From an uncultured Chloroflexia bacterium (GTDB lineage: Bacteria; Chloroflexota; Chloroflexia; QHBQ01; JADMIH01), in NCBI GenBank assembly GCA_963797095.1, contig CAWCNY010000004.1:288001-352000 (forward strand): 64,000 nt of DNA, written 5' to 3'. Position numbers and translations under genes: made by a program. Below the pieces are notes generated by a model. It did not search any database. It was given only the letters and a program-made list of their open reading frames with translations, and was not told the origin of the DNA. Positions 1 through 8,536 of the stretch are shown here, one piece after another; position 1 is the stretch's first letter, and each line of letters opens with the position of its first letter.

Positions 1-486
1 GAGGAATTGCGCAGCCGCCTCTCGACTTCCACGCCATCCATCCCACCAAAAGCGTTCCCATACATCATGGCCCTCGCCGTCGCAAAAGGCGCGATTGCCG
101 AAGAAGCCACTACTTTCCGGCTGCCCAGTCATGGTCCCACATATACCCCTGCACAGGAAGCCCAGTTGCGAGCGTTTCGCCGCGCCAATGCGGACTCGCC
201 GTATTCGCCGCCCTCTCCCGCCGAATTGGGCATCGATCAGGAGGTTCTTGCTTCCCTTATCGAAAGCGGTGAGGTGATCAGGATAGACGACCTTTACTAT
301 ATGCGCCCAGTCTTCGATGAGATGAGAGCTCGTATTCTGACCACAATTGACGAGAAGGGCGAGATCAACGTAGCCGGGATGCGCGAACTCTTCGGCACGA
401 CCCGCAAATACGCCATCCCCATACTGGAGTATCTGGATCAGCACAAGATCACGCGCAGGGTCGGCGATGTGCGTGTGCGTTGGTAG
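1..486 (+). CDS. selB: Selenocysteine-specific elongation factor SelB, C-terminal winged-helix (SECIS-binding) domains; 5' truncated by window edge
   Basis: C-terminus GTTRKYAIPILEYLDQHKITRRVGDVR is the characteristic SelB WH4 signature; frame is open from base 1. Confidence 0.93.
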   Translation, partial: EELRSRLSTSTPSIPPKAFPYIMALAVAKGAIAEEATTFRLPSHGPTYTPAQEAQLRAFRRANADSPYSPPSPAELGIDQEVLASLIESGEVIRIDDLYYMRPVFDEMRARILTTIDEKGEINVAGMRELFGTTRKYAIPILEYLDQHKITRRVGDVRVRW

Positions 487-491
487 CCCTA

Positions 492-500
492 TGCTATAAT
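492..500 (+). promoter_or_regulatory. Extended -10 promoter element (TG-C-TATAAT) upstream of the SDR gene
   Basis: tgctataat about 37 nt before ATG 537, which has an AGGAG RBS. Confidence 0.5.
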
Positions 501-536
501 GTCCAGGCCAATCTATCACTTGCAGGAGTACAAAGC

Positions 537-1383
537 ATGAGTGACAACACCGGGAGCGCTAGTGCTCCTGCTGCCGAAACGAGCGAGCCGAAGAGCCTGG
601 AGTGGGCTCTCATACTGGGATCATCTTCAGGTTTTGGGGCCGCCACCTCCATTGCCCTCGCCGAGCAGGCAGGCCTCAATGTCTGCGGCGTCCACCTGCG
701 TCGCCCAACCGATCAGGATATGTTCGAGGAAGTCAAGTCGCGTATCGAAGCGGCGGGAACTCAAATACATCCCCTTCAACATGAACGCCGCCAATCCCGA
801 CCGCCGGAAGGATGCCCTCGACAAGATGGCCGAAGCAATGGACGGCTCAGGCTTCCGGGTGCTTCTCCACTCCCTCGCCTTCGGCACCCTCAAACCCTTC
901 GTAACTCCCAACCCCGAAGACTCAATCCAGCAGCCCAGCATGGACATGACCCTCGATGTGATGGCCCATTCCCTCGTCTACTGGGTACAAGATGCCCTTC
1001 AACGAGGTATGTTGGGGCGAGGCAGCCGCATATTTGCGATGACCTCCGCAGGATCGCACCGCATCGTTCCCAACTACGGAGCGGTGTCAGCGGCCAAGGC
1101 CTCACTTGAATCGCACATTCGCCAGCTTGCCGCCGAACTTGCACCACGCGGCATAACCGCCAATGCAATCATGGCGGGCGTCACCGACACCCCCGCGCTC
1201 CGCCGCATACCTGGCAATGAACGACTCGTGGAGGGCGCTTTGGCCCGCAATCCCTCCGGCAAACTCACCCTTCCGACCGATATAGCCAACTTTATCGCCC
1301 TCCTCGCCAGGCCAGGCTCAGGGGCCGATTGGCTAACCGGCAACGTAATTAACGTTGACGGTGGCGAAGACATAATGGGCTAG
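537..1383 (+). pseudogene. Enoyl-ACP reductase FabL-like SDR, split by a +1 frameshift near 759 (true lesion or sequencing error)
   Basis: Rossmann motif ALILGSSSGFG is in the frame of ORF 480..1109; catalytic YGAVSAAK and NVINVDGG are in the frame of ORF 541..1383; removing one A in ggaactcaaa joins EAAG to LKYIPFNMNAA. Confidence 0.8.
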
Positions 1384-1387
1384 TCCG

Positions 1388-1416
1388 TTGACACCACTGG
1401 CACGATCCGATACACT
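1388..1416 (+). promoter_or_regulatory. Sigma70-like promoter for the TlpA-rhodanese genes
   Basis: TTGACA-17 nt-TACACT. Confidence 0.6.
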
Positions 1417-1477
1417 AGTTACAGCAGTGCCCTGACTGTTAGGCTGCCATGCCTCAGTAGAGAGGTCAAAAATAAAG

Positions 1478-2296
1478 ATGAGCAAGACGGCATATTCCAA
1501 AACACGGCCCCCATCTCGGCCAGCACCTGCTCGTCCTAGTCAAGTTGACGATTACGACGATGTACAGGAACCCATACGACCTCGATCCCAACGCAAGCAA
1601 TACGACGAGGAATACAATGAGAAATACAATGAGGAAAACGAGGATTACGAGGATTACGACGGCTACTACGCGGACGATGAGGAAGTTGCCGTAGTCTCCA
1701 TAAACCGGCGCGCTGTCGCGCTCTCAGTGTCAGCTATACTCGTGGTCGCGATCTTTGGCGTAGCAATCTGGCTCCTGATGTCCAGGAATAGCGTCCAGCA
1801 ACCTGCGGAGGGCCGCCTGACAGATATCCCAACCATAACGGGCTTCAACCCGGCCACCGCAAGCGAGGCCCAGGCCCCCAATAAAGGCTCTCCCGCACCT
1901 GATTTTGAGTGGCCTGAGAACGGATCTAGCGTGTCGCTCTCCTCCTATCGAGGCGATAAGCCCGTTTTCGTGAATTTCTGGGCCACATGGTGCCCTCCCT
2001 GCAAGGCGGAAATGCCCGAAATAGAGAACATATATAACACGCATAGGAACGACCTGGAGATTATCGGCGTCTCCATGGGCCCCCGAGACTGGCCCCAGTT
2101 GGTCCTCGACTTCGTCAATAAGACTACGTACAGTTGGAAGTTTATCCATGATGGCGATTATGGCATTGCCACACGCTACCAGGTGGTGAGCATCCCAAGC
2201 TCGTTCTTCATTGACAAGAACGGCGTCATCCAGGCCATCCACGTCGGTCAAATGGACCAGAGCATGATGGAGAGCTACTTACAACAGATTCAGTAG
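1478..2296 (+). CDS. Membrane-anchored TlpA/ResA-family thiol:disulfide oxidoreductase
   Basis: VNFWATWCPPCKAEMP motif, IPSSFFID cis-Pro loop, single TM helix after an acidic Tyr-rich N-terminal tail. Confidence 0.92.
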   Translation: MSKTAYSKTRPPSRPAPARPSQVDDYDDVQEPIRPRSQRKQYDEEYNEKYNEENEDYEDYDGYYADDEEVAVVSINRRAVALSVSAILVVAIFGVAIWLLMSRNSVQQPAEGRLTDIPTITGFNPATASEAQAPNKGSPAPDFEWPENGSSVSLSSYRGDKPVFVNFWATWCPPCKAEMPEIENIYNTHRNDLEIIGVSMGPRDWPQLVLDFVNKTTYSWKFIHDGDYGIATRYQVVSIPSSFFIDKNGVIQAIHVGQMDQSMMESYLQQIQ

Positions 2297-2350
2297 TCCT
2301 TATTAGTCTTTTTCCCTAGCTCGCGACAGATCAGGAGGTAATCACTTCTA

Positions 2351-3115
2351 ATGAGTCAGCTTCCAAAGCGGAGGCCACCCGCAGGTCAGGGTCAGAACCG
2401 ATCCCAAAGTCAGCGGAGGTCAGACCCCTACGCCGAATACCCACCACCTAGCAGACGTTCCGCTGGGCCGCCACCGCCCGGTGGCCGGTATTATCAGCAG
2501 AGGCCAAGAGCGGTCTACCCCCAGCGCGACCCCTTTCCCTACATCCTGGGTGGCCTAATCGGCGCGATGTTGGTCGGCCTGATGTTGGTCATCTTCCTTT
2601 TGATCAACAATAACAACGGCACCACCGCAGTACAGAACCGAGCCACCACTGGCAACACTACCACAACTGACCAGACCACAGGTGAGACCACAGATGACAC
2701 ACCACCGCGCATGTCGATGGACGACTTCAAGGCGCTCTACGACGACCCCGCAAAGCGCCCCATGATCATTGATGTGCGCCCATCTGATGCCTATAATGAG
2801 GGTCACATTGCGGGCGCGGTTTCCATGCCAGAAGACGATATCGACATTCTGCTCGATAAGATCCCCAAGGATTCACTCGTCATCGCGTACTGTCAATGAC
2901 CGGCCGAAAATGAAAGCGCCCGTGTGGCGCAAAAGCTACATGAAGAATATAATTACAGCTACGACAATCTGAAGGTGCTCCTCGGTGGTTGGACTGCGTG
3001 GAAAGATCAGAATACAAACAACCCGACAGGCTATCCAATCGAAACGGGTGGATCAACCGCCCCCACTACACCTCCTAAGGTGGTCATCACACCCAGCACT
3101 GTGATCACTCCATAA
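2351..3115 (+). CDS. Membrane-anchored rhodanese-like selenoprotein (CxU motif; TGA 2897-2899 read as Sec), 254 aa
   Basis: IIDVR..AYNEGHIAGAVS..IAYCQ-TGA-PAENESARVAQKL..LKVLLGGWTAW; the rhodanese fold is only complete if TGA is read through; hairpin downstream; selB adjacent. Confidence 0.88.
2916..2930 (+). promoter_or_regulatory. Candidate bacterial SECIS hairpin 1
   Basis: GCGCC-CGTGT-GGCGC starting 16 nt after the in-frame TGA. Confidence 0.7.
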
Positions 3116-3140
3116 TCACAGCGTCAAAACATCTATTCAA

Positions 3141-3168
3141 GTATGGGCGGGCCTAAACCCGCCCATAC
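3141..3168. repeat. REP-like palindrome / stem-loop between the two rhodanese genes
   Basis: GTATGGGCGGG-CCTAAA-CCCGCCCATAC, perfect 11-bp stem. Confidence 0.65.
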
Positions 3169-3945
3169 ATGTGCAATCTCAAGCGTAACTGGAGTTCCTA
3201 TACCACAGTGGATAACCAGCCAAGAGAACACAAACCGGTACGGCATATCAGGCCTGACCATAAAGGGGATCACCACGACCAACAATCTCGGCGTGCAAAT
3301 ATCGCAAAGCACGATCCTTTCCCCTATATGATTAGTGGCCTCATCACCGCCGCTGTGCTCGGCCTGGTCCTCGTCGCCTGGCTCCTCATCTCACCGGGTA
3401 GCACCGGCCTTCCCCTAGCACCCGCTCCAACCGCATTCGCGAACGCCCCATTCGATTTTCCTACTTCCGCGATCCCGATCCCTGCCGGCGCCGCAGCGCC
3501 GGGCGATGTGCCGACCCTTGAGGTTCCAACCCAGGATATCGCTCTCCCGCCTCCCGAACCCACCGGCTCACCTCCCCCCGCCGACGACCCGCCACGTATC
3601 GCCCTCGGTGACTTCAAGGCCCTCTACGACGACCCGTCAAGTCGACCCCTGATTCTTGACACTCGCAATGAGCAAGCATACTCGGAAGGCCATATACCGG
3701 GTGCGGTACTTTTCCCCGCTTCTGACGTGGTAAGCAATGTTGTCACGCTTCCCAAAGACAGGCTGATCGTTGCCTACTGCCAATGACCGGAGGAACACAC
3801 CAGCGCCAGTGTGGCGCGGCAGTTGAAAGAGCAGTTCGGCTTCAGCTATGGCTACGTGAAGGTCCTGCTTGGCGGCTGGGATGCCTGGGCCACAAAGAAT
3901 TCGCAGGACCCCGCCGGATACCCTATCGCTACAGGTGATAAATAG
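3169..3945 (+). CDS. Second membrane-anchored rhodanese-like selenoprotein (CxU; TGA 3784-3786 read as Sec); start may be GTG 3208
   Basis: LILDTR..AYSEGHIPGAV..IVAYCQ-TGA-PEEHTSASVARQLKEQFGFSYGYVKVLLGGWDAW..GYPIATGDK-TAG; homology to the paralog continues past the TGA. Confidence 0.88.
3803..3817 (+). promoter_or_regulatory. Candidate bacterial SECIS hairpin 2
   Basis: GCGCC-AGTGT-GGCGC starting 16 nt after the in-frame TGA, extendable with CC/GG pairs. Confidence 0.7.
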
Positions 3946-4014
3946 ACGCTATCCCATAATCAAGCTCTGGTGGCCCGTTTATGGGCTGCAACTCGCCCAC
4001 TAATATCCAATTGG

Positions 4015-4863
4015 TTAGCGTAACGAATAGACAGGTGGCAACTGCCACACCCTTTCAGCATATTCTCCGGGCGGCAATCCCGCCTCCGCTGCCACGCTAC
4101 CTGTGTAGGCTCGCACCGCCTCCGGCATAGCCTCAGCACTCCCAAACAACATCTCCAATTGCGATTTGTATCGGGCTATCGCCGCGATCTTGACCCCTAT
4201 CAGGTCCGAGATTTGCGTAACGCGGGGTTGAGCCGTCAAATCTAGCTCACGAAGCCTTGAGAGCAAGGCTCCCTCACGCGCCGCATAAGGGTAATCTTCA
4301 TAGTAGAGCACTCCGAAGCGCGGTCCAAGCCTGCGCGCCGCCAGGTACACAAGTTGGTGATCAACGTGCCGCCCGACCCCCAACGGTGCAAATACGCGCA
4401 CTCGGCCCCTGCTACCTATCCGTTCCTGTTCGCGGCTCGCGACCTCTCTCACTCTCGCCACTACTTCCGCAATCACGTGCGATCGTTCCCAGGTGGCGGG
4501 AAGGTCGAAAAGTTCTTGGTCGGAAGTATACAGATAGCGGCCATCCTGCCCACGCCTGTATGGCCCATCGCGCAGGTCAAGCCACACGCGTTCGAGGCCA
4601 AGCAATCGCATCGCCGCCTCCTCTTCGCGCCGCCGCACAGCGTTGATCGACTGCACGTCCATCCCGGCTGCGCGCTGCCATTGCTCATGCATCCCCTCGG
4701 CAAACTCAGAAAGAGGCACGCCGGCCTGGTGCGGTGCAGCAAACAGGGCGATCCCAACCCCATGTGCTCCCATCCGCGACAGGCGGGCAGCTATTCCCCC
4801 GCAGGACAGAGCGATATCGTCAAAGTGCGGGGACAAAAAGAGTGTGAGTGAAACCGGCTCCAT
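4015..4863 (-). CDS. PIG-L/LmbE family deacetylase
   Basis: LSPHFDDIALSCGG, GRHVDH and YYEDYPY motifs; start taken at ATG 4863. Confidence 0.9.
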   Translation of the reverse strand: MEPVSLTLFLSPHFDDIALSCGGIAARLSRMGAHGVGIALFAAPHQAGVPLSEFAEGMHEQWQRAAGMDVQSINAVRRREEEAAMRLLGLERVWLDLRDGPYRRGQDGRYLYTSDQELFDLPATWERSHVIAEVVARVREVASREQERIGSRGRVRVFAPLGVGRHVDHQLVYLAARRLGPRFGVLYYEDYPYAAREGALLSRLRELDLTAQPRVTQISDLIGVKIAAIARYKSQLEMLFGSAEAMPEAVRAYTGSVAAEAGLPPGEYAERVWQLPPVYSLR

Positions 4864-4918
4864 ATCTGGCCCAAAACATGCTATAGGAGAACCCGAATGC
4901 GTTATTATATCAGATAGC

Positions 4919-6229
4919 ATGCTCTACTTATCGACAGTCATAGGCAAGCGAATAGCGGTCAAGAGCGGCGACACTGTAGCGCGCTTGCGCGACCTGGTGG
5001 CCGACCTGGAACCGTCTCCAGTCATAGGCGAGCCTTCAGAAGAGCGCCAGCCAACCTTGCGGATCAAAGGGCTGGTTGCGCGCACCGCAAGGCGTCGCCA
5101 GCCATTCTTCGTGCCTGCTTCCCTTATCGAAACTCTCGGTGAAAACGGGGTGCGTTTGCGCTCGTCCCAGCTCGACCTCCAGCCCTTCGAGCGCCGCGAC
5201 GCAGAGGTGCTCCTGACCCGCGATCTATGGGACAAGCAGGTAATCGACCTTACCAGCAGACGTGTCGTGCGGGTCAACGATATTCTGCTGGACAGCAACG
5301 CCCCTTCATCCCATGACGAGGCTGCGATCTGGTACGTTTCAGGCGTGGACGTTGGGCTGGGTGCGCTACTTCGGCGGGTTAAGTTGACCGGACCTCTCGA
5401 AGCGCTAACGCACAAGCACCTGGACGCCCAGGTGCTCGCATGGTCCGGCATAGACCTTTTCAGCAGTAATATGCCGGAGAACTTTCACGTTCAACACGAA
5501 AAGCTGGCGACCCTCCACCCCGTCGAGATCGCACGCATCACAAACTCCCTAAGCTACCACCAGGGCGCGGAGATCATTGCCTCACTGGACGATACCCTTG
5601 CTGCCGATACTTTAGAGGAGATCACTGCCCAGCGACAGACCGATATTGTCGAAGAGATCCCGGATGAGATGGCAGCCGACATTATCGAGGAAATGGCCCC
5701 CGATGACGCCACCGATTTGCTGGCCGAGCTACCTGAAGAGAAAGCCAGCGCCCTCCTCGATGAGATGGAGGACGAGCGCGCTGAAGATGTTCGCCAGCTA
5801 ATGCGCTACCCGGATCATACAGCGGGCAGGGCAATGACTACCGACTTCGTGCGCGTGCAGCCGACCATGACTGTGCAACAGGTCATTAAGGCCAACCGGT
5901 CACGTTTCCTTGCTTCTGACCTTATCTACTACATGTATGTGACGGCTTCTGAGAAAGACGACACGCTGATCGGTGTGATCACCGTACGCGACTTGCTGGT
6001 CGAAAGCCGCGATGCCCGCGTGAGCCACTTCATGCTGACCGATTTCTTGGCGGTGCGTCCGGGCGAACACGAACGCGAAGTCGCCCGCAAAATGGCCGAA
6101 TACAACCTGCTTGCACTTCCTGTCGTGGACCGCAATGGCATTCTCCTCGGCGTAGTCACGATAGACGATGCGCTCAATTCCCTCCTCCCCGAAGGCTGGA
6201 AGAAGCGGTTGCCGAGGATCTTCAGCTAG
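4919..6229 (+). CDS. MgtE intracellular N-domain + CBS-pair protein with N-terminal PRC-like barrel
   Basis: LHPVEIA, EEMAPDDATDLL, YPDHTAGRAMTTDF, YNLLALPVVD..LGVVTIDD. Confidence 0.88.
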   Translation: MLYLSTVIGKRIAVKSGDTVARLRDLVADLEPSPVIGEPSEERQPTLRIKGLVARTARRRQPFFVPASLIETLGENGVRLRSSQLDLQPFERRDAEVLLTRDLWDKQVIDLTSRRVVRVNDILLDSNAPSSHDEAAIWYVSGVDVGLGALLRRVKLTGPLEALTHKHLDAQVLAWSGIDLFSSNMPENFHVQHEKLATLHPVEIARITNSLSYHQGAEIIASLDDTLAADTLEEITAQRQTDIVEEIPDEMAADIIEEMAPDDATDLLAELPEEKASALLDEMEDERAEDVRQLMRYPDHTAGRAMTTDFVRVQPTMTVQQVIKANRSRFLASDLIYYMYVTASEKDDTLIGVITVRDLLVESRDARVSHFMLTDFLAVRPGEHEREVARKMAEYNLLALPVVDRNGILLGVVTIDDALNSLLPEGWKKRLPRIFS

Positions 6230-7563
6230 TGCACATCAAGCATCGTTACCGCCCTGGCGTGGCAAACCAGCCAAGCGAGGGAAGGGGCGTTCCATGGACT
6301 GAGCGTGTCATAGGGCGGCTGTTGTCGCCGTTGCGCAGGCTGCGACGGTTGCCCTTCTGGATGTACCTCGCTGTGCTGGGTCCGGGAGTTGTGTCGGCGG
6401 CGGCGGGCAACGACGCCGGAGGCATAGCCACCTACGCACAGGTCGGCGCGGGCTATGGATACTCTCTCCTGTGGGCCATGCTGATCGTCACAGTTGGGCT
6501 CGTCCTTGTGCAGGAGATGTGCGCCCGTATGGGGGCCGTCACGGGCAAGGGACTGTCCGACCTCATCCGCGAAGAATTCGGCGCTGGCCGGGCCTTGCTT
6601 GTCATCGCGGTGCTTCTCATCGCCAACACCGGCATCACGATCTCGGAGTTCGTCGGGATTGCCGCCGCTGCGGGCCTGTTCGGAATTCCGGGCTGGATCG
6701 CGGTGCCTCCGATCGCCCTCCTGGTGTGGTGGTTGATCACCAACGGTTCATACAGGGCGGTTGAACGTATCTTCATCCTCCTTTCGCTCGTCTTCGTCAC
6801 CTATGTAGTAGCAGCGTTCCTAGCAAAGCCTGACTGGGGACAGGTCGGTGTATCGTTCTTTACTCCCAATATACAGTTCGAGCCAGGCGCTTTGCAGGCA
6901 TTGGTAGCGCTCATCGGGACCACGATCACGCCCTATATGCAGCTATTCGTGCAGGCGTCGGTGGTGGAGAAGGGCGTCACTCCACGAGACTACAAGTACA
7001 CGCGTTTCGATACTGTCATAGGCGTGCTAATGTCGAATGCGGTCTCGATCTTCATAATCATAGCCACTGCCGCCACTCTCCATATTGCAGGCATCACCAA
7101 CGTAAAGAGCGCCGACGATGCGGCAAAAGCTCTTGAGCCGGTGGCGGGACAGGGCGCGGCGCTCTTGTTCGCCATAGGGCTGTTCGGCGCTTCTATGCTG
7201 GCCGCAGGTGTCCTTCCGTTAGCCACTGCCTTCTCGGTAACTGAAGCTCTCGGGTTCGAGAAGGGAGTGAGCCTCTCTTTCAGGGAAGCGCCCGTCTTTA
7301 TAGGGATGTTCTCAGTCCTCCTCGCAATCGGCGCCCTGGTAGCCATCATTCCCGGATTGCCCCTATTCCCCGTCCTGATCGCGGTCCAGATTCTGAACGG
7401 TGTGCTACTACCGATATTGTTGGTCTTCATAGTCAGGTTAGCGGCAAACAAAGAGTTGATGGGCAAGTACGCCATTGGTCCTGTGTACCGTACTCTGGCA
7501 TGGGCCACTGTAGTCGTGATCACTATCGCTGTTCTTCTCCTGTTTGTCACCACCCTATTCTAG
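6229..7563 (+). CDS. NRAMP-related divalent cation transporter (Mg2+-type, NDAGG variant)
   Basis: LGPGVVSAAAGNDAGGIATY, QEMCARMGAVTGKGL, GTTITPY; about 11 TM helices; coupled to the MgtE-N/CBS gene. Confidence 0.9.
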   Translation: MHIKHRYRPGVANQPSEGRGVPWTERVIGRLLSPLRRLRRLPFWMYLAVLGPGVVSAAAGNDAGGIATYAQVGAGYGYSLLWAMLIVTVGLVLVQEMCARMGAVTGKGLSDLIREEFGAGRALLVIAVLLIANTGITISEFVGIAAAAGLFGIPGWIAVPPIALLVWWLITNGSYRAVERIFILLSLVFVTYVVAAFLAKPDWGQVGVSFFTPNIQFEPGALQALVALIGTTITPYMQLFVQASVVEKGVTPRDYKYTRFDTVIGVLMSNAVSIFIIIATAATLHIAGITNVKSADDAAKALEPVAGQGAALLFAIGLFGASMLAAGVLPLATAFSVTEALGFEKGVSLSFREAPVFIGMFSVLLAIGALVAIIPGLPLFPVLIAVQILNGVLLPILLVFIVRLAANKELMGKYAIGPVYRTLAWATVVVITIAVLLLFVTTLF

Positions 7564-8143
7564 CTAGAACACCAGAATAATAAGTTATCCCGGCGCGTAG
7601 TTACTCTGTTTGAAAGCCGACAAGATACCAAATGGATGTGTACGGTGGTCAAGTGGGTTATCGAGTTTTGAGCGGGTGCCTTGAAGGTGGCTAGACTGGC
7701 CCTCATTAACTATAAGGCAGTACTTGAACAAAACTGGGCAGGTTTTGGAGTGTACTTTCGGGTGATTCTTTGTGCCCAGCGTGGAACGCGAATTTGCAGG
7801 CTGTGATGGCGGGTTGTGGTCGATTCTACACTCTGGATAGAACTGTGAGTAACAAAACGACTGTATCCATATTCACAGGAGTACATGCTTATCAGCCAAT
7901 TAGCTAGTTAGCCAAATCAACATATATCCTTGAGAGTACCTGGAACACCGCAGGGCACTCCTGGTTCGATTGAGCCCCGAATCCTGGCCGCCTTCTTCAT
8001 AAGACTGCAACCAAGTGAACCGATCTCTTACTATTTGGTGGGCAGTAGAATAAGCAGTATACTGGCGCTTGGTGCGATCGGCCCTAATAAGGCGGCTAGG
8101 TTGATAGAGCAATAGTTACAGAATTCACCATGATGGAGGGGAC

Positions 8144-8536
8144 ATGAGCGGCAAGCAAGCAGGCGTAGATACGACCTCAGAAAACAGACTGCAAGAATTC
8201 AAACAATACCGCCTGCGTATGAACGAGCAAATCCAGGGGGCCGAGCACCTGGGTATCAACCGTTTCTTTAACCTCGACACAGTGGCATACCACGATGGCG
8301 CTCTGCCTGGGCGCACCAAAGAGCTTCTGGGGCTTGTGGCCTCGACTGTGCTCCGGTGCGATGACTGCGTGGATTACCATCTGATTCAGTGTATAGAGGC
8401 GGGCTACAGCCACGCCGAGCTTACCGATGCTTTGAATGTGGCCCTGGTGGTGGGCGGTAGCATCGTCATTCCACACCTGCGGCATGCTATGGAGACTATC
8501 GACTTGATTAGAGCCGAGGGAGCAATGAACAAATGA
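8144..8536 (+). CDS. Carboxymuconolactone decarboxylase / AhpD-like protein
   Basis: KELLGLVASTVLRCDDCVDYH motif. Confidence 0.9.
   Translation: MSGKQAGVDTTSENRLQEFKQYRLRMNEQIQGAEHLGINRFFNLDTVAYHDGALPGRTKELLGLVASTVLRCDDCVDYHLIQCIEAGYSHAELTDALNVALVVGGSIVIPHLRHAMETIDLIRAEGAMNK

Noticed and set aside
2924-3115. Stand-alone 63-aa ORF
   Set aside because: It is in frame with the upstream rhodanese and completes its fold after the TGA
2897-3786. Alternative genetic code (UGA = Trp/Gly) or pseudogenes explaining the TGAs
   Set aside because: Many other genes end normally at TGA; these two TGAs align with a Cys position and are shared by diverged paralogs
4643-4918. Extended N-terminus of the MgtE-like gene overlapping the PIG-L gene
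   Set aside because: Family-like sequence starts at MLYLS (4919); the extension is antisense to the deacetylase
8144-8536. Additional selenoproteins among AhpD, TlpA and YkgJ genes
   Set aside because: Their redox motifs use Cys codons and I saw no in-frame TGA followed by continuing homology
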